Positions 58,533 through 64,000 of a stretch of DNA of 64,000 nucleotides are shown in pieces. Position 1 is the first letter of the stretch. Every line of letters begins with the position of its first letter. Location: positions 32,001 through 96,000 of the forward strand of contig CAWIEK010000068.1 in assembly GCA_963835065.1 (NCBI GenBank). The letters run 5' to 3'. The position numbers and the translations under genes are program-made. The notes beneath the pieces are model-generated. The model saw only the letters and a program-made list of their open reading frames with translations, did no database searches and had not been told where the DNA came from. This stretch comes from an uncultured Chthonomonadaceae bacterium. GTDB taxonomy: Bacteria > Armatimonadota > Chthonomonadetes > Chthonomonadales > Chthonomonadaceae.

Positions 58533-60200
58533 TCACGGATTTTGCCGAACGTCAACATGGATGTGATCCGCGCCGTCCGGGAACATCGCCACAACATCTA
58601 CGCCGCGCTTCCGCGCCTGCTCTAACGCTTTGCGCAGGCGGACATCCGTTAAATCGGCTTCGGGCGCGTAGGCTTCATTCTGGTAGCGCAGAACCGCGCG
58701 GGTTGATTTCGCGCTTCGCTCCGTTTTTGCCTCCGTTTTCGCCTCCGCGCGAGCGTTCGTGGATTGGGGCATTTCGGGCGTGTCGCCGTCTTCGGTTTGC
58801 GATTCGTTTGCCACGATTTGCGTGAAGGGCGGCGGGAAAAACGGCCATGCGGGTTTGGCGCTGCTGGCGTACAAGCCATACAGCGCGGATATGGCGCAGG
58901 CGGTCGCGCTTGCCGGAACTTCCGCAGGCTCGGACTCGATTTCCACTTCCTGCGCCGCTGTTTGCGTCACGGATTTGCCTGCGAGGAGCGCGGATTTATC
59001 AAGGGCGGGGATAGACGCGCCGGAAACGACGGTGGGCGCGGGTCGGTTCAGCAGGGCGACGAGCGCGGGCGGCAGGTCCCAACCGCCTTCGGGCGCTTTG
59101 GGCAAGCCCAGTCGGTAGCGTCCGGGCGGCAGGTCGCGCAGCAGGGCCAGTGTGGCATGGATGCAGGCTTCGGGGTCAGCCTGCCGAATAGCGTAGCCGC
59201 CATACGCGCCGATGTCTACGGCCAGTCCCATTGAGTGCGGATTGGCCGGCCCGACATGGACATACCCGCCCATACGATAGGGAGGGCGCAGCAGCGACAG
59301 AATTTGCAGAGGATGTGAAGGCGTGGAATGTCCGGCCAGCGTGGTCAGCAGGCGCAGCAACAACGGGGAAGGCGGAAGCGCGCACGGGTTAAAATCGGGA
59401 TCATCGGCGGGGTTCGGAGCCGTTCGCTCCCATTCGCCGCCGCGCGACGCGAGCTGCAGGCCGGAAGACGCGGGCGGCAGGAGCGTACTGTCTTCCGTCG
59501 TGCCTGCCAGCACATTTCGCTGCCGTTCGGAGCGGACGCTCACGCCCGGAGGCGGAGTAGGCCAGCAATAAATGCCGTTGCGCTCCAGATGTTCCAGTTG
59601 TTCGCCATCCCGCGTGTCTACGACCAGCGTGATACGCCCCGCTTCCAAATCTTTACGCAGTTGATGCGCCTGCTTTTGTACGTGAACGCGCTCAATGGGC
59701 AGGGGCGGGCCGTAAACAACGGGCGGCGTCCACGATTCCGGCTTACGAAGCGGTGGCTGCGCTCCTATCGCCTGCCCTGACGTTTTCCGCGCTGAAAGTT
59801 GTTTGTCGCCAAAGGACTGCGAGGCATCCGGGGAATTGTTTGTAATCGCTTTTGCTGCTGTGGTTGTTTTGGCAGGATTACGCTCCCCGCCGCCGGAGGT
59901 TCCATTACCCAGCGTTGCTGTGGCGGCAATGGACGCGCTTGCCGCGCCCGCGCCGGTCAAATCCGGCACATCGGCAGGCGGGCGCGGCAGGGCCTCTCCA
60001 ATTTTTGCGCCGCCGGTTTTCATGCCATCGGCAGAAGGCGTTTCCAGACTGCGCGGCGACTGTAAACCGGCAGCAGACGCTTTCGCAGGCGGCGCGGATG
60101 CGCGCGCATGAGTCGCCTGGTCGGAAGCGACGCGCACAGCCAGGCAAACGGCGACAAGCGCGGCAAGCGGGGAATACACCAGCAGGCGTTGAAGCGACAT
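58533..60200 (-). CDS. Exported protein with peptidase M15/Hedgehog-like Zn motifs
   Basis: N-terminal hydrophobic segment, ILSLLR, PHSMGLAVDI (HxxxxAxD) and terminal DHIHVD. Confidence 0.65.
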   Translation of the reverse strand: MSLQRLLVYSPLAALVAVCLAVRVASDQATHARASAPPAKASAAGLQSPRSLETPSADGMKTGGAKIGEALPRPPADVPDLTGAGAASASIAATATLGNGTSGGGERNPAKTTTAAKAITNNSPDASQSFGDKQLSARKTSGQAIGAQPPLRKPESWTPPVVYGPPLPIERVHVQKQAHQLRKDLEAGRITLVVDTRDGEQLEHLERNGIYCWPTPPPGVSVRSERQRNVLAGTTEDSTLLPPASSGLQLASRGGEWERTAPNPADDPDFNPCALPPSPLLLRLLTTLAGHSTPSHPLQILSLLRPPYRMGGYVHVGPANPHSMGLAVDIGAYGGYAIRQADPEACIHATLALLRDLPPGRYRLGLPKAPEGGWDLPPALVALLNRPAPTVVSGASIPALDKSALLAGKSVTQTAAQEVEIESEPAEVPASATACAISALYGLYASSAKPAWPFFPPPFTQIVANESQTEDGDTPEMPQSTNARAEAKTEAKTERSAKSTRAVLRYQNEAYAPEADLTDVRLRKALEQARKRGVDVVAMFPDGADHIHVDVRQNP

Positions 60201-60309
60201 GACCTCTCCTGAAAAACTCGTCTCAGCCAAAGCGACACGATGAAAATACAACGGTTTTTCATTATACCCGATACTGAACGCCGAACACCGAACACCGAAC
60301 ACCAAATAC

Positions 60310-61272
60310 CTAACCCCCTTTTTGCAGGAACAGCGTCACATCCGTAAAAATAACATCACCCAATCGGCTGCTCAGGCGGTCATGATGTTCTAAGGGAACC
60401 GTCCAGTCGGGAAGCTGTATCTCCGCCGGTTCGGACAGCAGAGCGGGACCGGGTGTCAGGCGCAGCGGCCCCAGGCGCTTCAAGCCACTGTTGACGATCA
60501 GCCATTCCAGCGTGTTGCGCGTGAAAAAGCCTTCTAAACCGGTTGGCAGCGCGTGGCCGCCGGATTGAAGGACGAATTCTGTGGAAAACGCGAGTACGCC
60601 CCCCGGCTTGAGAACGCGGGCGGCTTCGCGGACGTGCGCAAGGGCGACGCGCAAGCCACCGAAATGCTCGATGGACGAAACCGAATACACAAAATCTACG
60701 CTTTCGTTGGGCATCAACAGCTGCGTAGCGTTCATTTGCAGCATCGTCAGCCGCTCGGCGGGATAGGCGTAGGGCGCGTAATTGGCGGGATGGTGCAGCA
60801 TATCCAACTGCGCCGAAACCCAGCCCCACCCGTACATATCCGTCGCGTACAGCCGCGCCGTGTGCCGGGCCAGAAAATACAGCATCGGCTCCACGCCGCA
60901 GCCGACTCCCAACCCTGTCGTCTGACCATCCAGCAGTCCCAGAGCGCGAAGCCCGTTGCACAGATGCGTGGTTTCCCAGACTTTTTTGCGCACATACCGG
61001 CCATCCGCATACAAGCGCCGATACGCTTCCAAGTTGGTATCCGCCTGCCCGGTATAGACTTCCACGCCAAGCGCGCGCCAGTCGGCGCAGTCTTCCATTT
61101 CCGCGTTTGCCAGGGCGCAATAAGGAAACGTCTCCCCCAAATCTGAGAATGTCGCTTTGGGTTTCAGCGCCAATGCGTCCTGACCAGACGCCGATGCCTC
61201 TTGGGAGAGCGACCACGCGGGAGACGCGGGAGACGCGGAAATACTTTCCAATACCGATGCGGGAGCGGACAT
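60310..61272 (-). CDS. Class I SAM-dependent methyltransferase
   Basis: LGVGCGVE, YATDMY, SVDFVYSVSSIEHFG and ARVLKPGG. Confidence 0.9.
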   Translation of the reverse strand: MSAPASVLESISASPASPAWSLSQEASASGQDALALKPKATFSDLGETFPYCALANAEMEDCADWRALGVEVYTGQADTNLEAYRRLYADGRYVRKKVWETTHLCNGLRALGLLDGQTTGLGVGCGVEPMLYFLARHTARLYATDMYGWGWVSAQLDMLHHPANYAPYAYPAERLTMLQMNATQLLMPNESVDFVYSVSSIEHFGGLRVALAHVREAARVLKPGGVLAFSTEFVLQSGGHALPTGLEGFFTRNTLEWLIVNSGLKRLGPLRLTPGPALLSEPAEIQLPDWTVPLEHHDRLSSRLGDVIFTDVTLFLQKGG

Positions 61273-61423
61273 AAGCCTGGCCTTTCCAAATAACACAGTT
61301 CGACAGAAAAATCAAATACGACACTGTGTTATCGGCGGCAAGCCCACGTATCTTTACGGGTTGATAATAAGAAGCCCCTCTCCAAGCAACGCAGGAGCGT
61401 CTATGAGAGGATTGCAGCAAAAT

Positions 61424-61473
61424 AGCCCCTCTCCTAGCGAGGAACGAGCGTCCAGGAGAGGGGTTGGGGTGAG
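61424..61473. repeat. REP-like element
   Basis: GCCCCTCTCCT...AGGAGAGGGGTTGGGGTGAGG hairpin-plus-tail pattern. Confidence 0.6.
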
Positions 61474-61485
61474 GTAAGCGTTCAA

Positions 61486-62715
61486 TCAAACGCGGTGAAG
61501 GGTTTTTGGATCTATGGCGCGAACTACAGCCTGCACCGGCAACTCTTCCGATGCGCTCAATGTGGAAGAGACATCCGGCCCGGTAGAATTTTCCTGTGGC
61601 ACAATCGGCGCGGGCGGCTGCGCGTAACGGGAAGTCAACTCCTGCGCCACCTGCGCGAACTGCGCGCGCAGTTCGGGAGGAGACAGCACTTCGGCGCGGC
61701 TGCCGTAGGAGAGTATCCACCAGCTGATCTCTTTGAGGCTGTTGACCGCGACGGTGCAGACCAGCGAACCGTCGCTTTCGTACACCATTTCCGAAAACTG
61801 ATGTCCCCGGCTGCCATGCACGAGATTGGCGACTGATGGGGCAAAACGCGCGACCACGTTGATTGCGTCGTCATGGCTCCCATTGGCCTGCCAGGCGCGC
61901 TCGAAAAACGTATCGGCGGAGAAACCGCGCGGATAGCGGAACCGATCTTCGGCCATTTCCGCTTTGCGAACGCGGCTGATTTTGAAGGTGCGAATCGCGC
62001 CGTGTTCCTCCGAATTTGCCAGCAGATACCAATGCTGGCTGACCTCGCGCAAATGGTAGGGGGAAACGAGCAGTATTTTTTCGCAGTCCGTCGCCGGCGA
62101 CCAGTACATCAAATGCAGTTTGCGGTTGGAGCGCATGGCGCGGCGAATGGTTTCCAGCAGGGGACGCTGAATGCTGTGGGAGGTGAGTCCCAGGTGAATG
62201 GGCGCTTCTTCCGCTCCCATTGCCGGGCTGTCTGCCGAGGATTGGGTGTTCGCCGGACTGTGGTCTTCCGCGCGCGTTTCGTTTTCCGGCTGTCCGGCGT
62301 TTTCGGCGCAGGGTGACGGAGTTTGCGCTTGCGTACCCGATGCCTGGCTGCCGGATGTCAGCAAATGCGCCACTTTTTTCAGGCCGGAGCGCAAATCGGC
62401 GGCAAAAAAATTGTCATGTGCCAGAGCGGGATTGGAAGCTGAGGTGAACAGCGCCAGGGCTTCCGAAGGCGTAAGCGTCAGGGGCGGCAGGTTCAACTCG
62501 CCTTCGAGCAGGTAGCGCCCTTCGCGCCGGCTATACCGTTTCTGGAGGGAGTTCCCTTTTTCCAGATTACGCAGGTCACGATACACCGTGCGTTCCGAAA
62601 TATGCAGTTCTTCGGCCAGCATGGTGGGGGTGATGTCCTGGCACACCCGCATCCGATTGGCGATGTAACTCAGGCGATCCGATTTGTACAAACGATCCGA
62701 TTTTTTGACGTTCAT
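61486..62715 (-). CDS. HTH-WYL-WCX transcriptional regulator (YafY/PafC-like)
   Basis: LAEELHISERTVYRDLRNL, LTPSEALAL, VSPYHL, HWYLLA, RTFKISRV and WILSYGSRAEVLSPPELR. Confidence 0.95.
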   Translation of the reverse strand: MNVKKSDRLYKSDRLSYIANRMRVCQDITPTMLAEELHISERTVYRDLRNLEKGNSLQKRYSRREGRYLLEGELNLPPLTLTPSEALALFTSASNPALAHDNFFAADLRSGLKKVAHLLTSGSQASGTQAQTPSPCAENAGQPENETRAEDHSPANTQSSADSPAMGAEEAPIHLGLTSHSIQRPLLETIRRAMRSNRKLHLMYWSPATDCEKILLVSPYHLREVSQHWYLLANSEEHGAIRTFKISRVRKAEMAEDRFRYPRGFSADTFFERAWQANGSHDDAINVVARFAPSVANLVHGSRGHQFSEMVYESDGSLVCTVAVNSLKEISWWILSYGSRAEVLSPPELRAQFAQVAQELTSRYAQPPAPIVPQENSTGPDVSSTLSASEELPVQAVVRAIDPKTLHRV

Positions 62716-62873
62716 GGCAGCTTTCTTTCTACGGGGGAACTTGCTACAACAGAACTTGCGACAAGCGGGTATGTTTCAGGAACACGCCCGAATCAAAGTC
62801 TATCACCCGATGGTGCGTAACTCTAATTGCTTATAACCATGATACCGCGTTTTCAGTTTATTTGAAAAGAGAT

Positions 62874-62895
62874 TTTGACAAAAAGTATTGTCAAA
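62874..62895. promoter_or_regulatory. Palindromic operator candidate in the divergent WYL/glxK region
   Basis: TTTGACAA-N6-TTGTCAAA perfect dyad. Confidence 0.5.
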
Positions 62896-62954
62896 GGACA
62901 AAATTTCACCGCAGGCAACGCCTGCCTGCGCAGTTCAGGAGGAAACATTCCGGC

Positions 62955-64000
62955 ATGGCGCGCTTCAGCACAGATTCAGACCAAAATTTACGCGCGGCAG
63001 AGGGGTTACGGACGCGGCGCGTTCTCATCTGCCCGAACGCTTTCAAAGGCAGCCTGTCCGCCGGATTGGCGGCGCAGGCAATTGCGACAGGATTGCGGCG
63101 GGGCTACGCGAACCGCCCGCTGGAACTGGTTTGCCTCCCACTGGCGGATGGCGGCGATGGAACGATGGAAACCCTTGTCGCGGCAACGGGAGGGCAAACG
63201 CATGAGCATCGCGTACGTGGGCCTTTCGGCAAATCCCGATGGGCGCATTGGGGGCAGTTGGGCGGCGCGCAGGGGGATATGGCGATCATTGAAATGGCGG
63301 AAGCGGCGGGATTGCGCCTGTTGTCGCCCGGTCAGGCCGACCCGCGCATAACCACTACCTACGGCGTGGGCGAACTGATGCTGGAAGCCGCGCATCGGGG
63401 CTGCCGCATTCTGGTTCTGGGCATCGGGGGCAGCGCGACCAATGACGGCGGCGCGGGCATGGCGCAGGCGTTGGGCGCGCGGCTGCTGGACGCGCAGGGG
63501 CAGGAACTTCCACAAGGCGGGGCGGCTCTTCGACAGTTGGCGAGCATTGACCTGAGCGGATGGCGGCTTCCTCCCCATGTTCAGGTGACGGTTGCCTGCG
63601 ATGTGGATAACCCGCTGTGTGGACCGATGGGCGCATCCGCCATTTACGGCCCGCAAAAAGGCGCGGACGCCGTGACCGTTCTCGAACTCGATGGGGCGCT
63701 GTCGCATTACGCCGATGTATTGGAAGCCCACACGAACCTGCAAGTACGGGATGTGCCGGGGGCGGGCGCGGCAGGCGGATTGGGCGCGGGGTTAATGGCG
63801 TTTTGTGGCGCGACGCTGATGCCCGGAACCGACATGGCGCTGGAAATCACGGGCTTTGAGGACAATCTGGCGGGGTGTGATCTGGTGATTACGGGTGAGG
63901 GGCGCTTGGATGCGCAGACGGCGCGCGGCAAAGTGATTGCGGGCGTGGCGAAACAAGCGCAGGCGCGGAATATCCCTGTGGTGGCGCTGGCGGGCAGCGT
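62955..64000 (+). CDS. glxK: Glycerate kinase (runs off window end; absent from ORF track)
   Basis: Own translation: RVLICPNAFKGSLSA, PLADGGDGT, IIEMAEAAGL, GIGGSATNDGGAGM, ACDVDNPLCG, YGPQKGA, GAGAAGGLG and VITGEGRLDAQT. Confidence 0.95.
   Translation, partial: MARFSTDSDQNLRAAEGLRTRRVLICPNAFKGSLSAGLAAQAIATGLRRGYANRPLELVCLPLADGGDGTMETLVAATGGQTHEHRVRGPFGKSRWAHWGQLGGAQGDMAIIEMAEAAGLRLLSPGQADPRITTTYGVGELMLEAAHRGCRILVLGIGGSATNDGGAGMAQALGARLLDAQGQELPQGGAALRQLASIDLSGWRLPPHVQVTVACDVDNPLCGPMGASAIYGPQKGADAVTVLELDGALSHYADVLEAHTNLQVRDVPGAGAAGGLGAGLMAFCGATLMPGTDMALEITGFEDNLAGCDLVITGEGRLDAQTARGKVIAGVAKQAQARNIPVVALAGS

Overview
64-kb chromosomal window of a GC-rich bacterium. Gene content and style suggest Armatimonadota (Chthonomonadales-like), but this is an inference. 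Many single-base frameshifts, even in mnmA and gpsA, point to a long-read consensus with indel errors. The backbone holds housekeeping and metabolic genes (dnaA, sucD, ROK kinase, rhomboid, CDF, GspE/PilB ATPase, gpsA, rnz, mnmA, cdd, GH2, 2-hydroxyacid dehydrogenases, HpcH aldolase, holB, WYL regulator, glycerate kinase), interleaved with TA modules, Uma2/DUF4058 nucleases and many REP-like and heptamer repeats. No rRNA, tRNA, CRISPR array, integrase or reverse transcriptase was seen. Main unexplained structures: (1) a two-copy ~330-bp element (7010-7336 +, 21894-22242 -) with a conserved ECF-type promoter, RNA hairpins, a sequestered strong SD and a conserved micro-ORF M(S)[L/F]HPSR[P/A]P-stop; (2) three integrase-less insertions bounded by host-sequence duplications of 96 bp (dnaA 3' end), 16 bp (pilB RBS) and 259 bp (aldolase end to dehydrogenase start); (3) a promoter-driven rod-like ncRNA followed by an orphan IS200/IS605 right end; (4) catalytically dead versions of an IrrE/ImmA peptidase (coupled to a 2-TM protein) and of a Y1 TnpA; (5) four different tandem-repeat arrays inside the DnaA linker.
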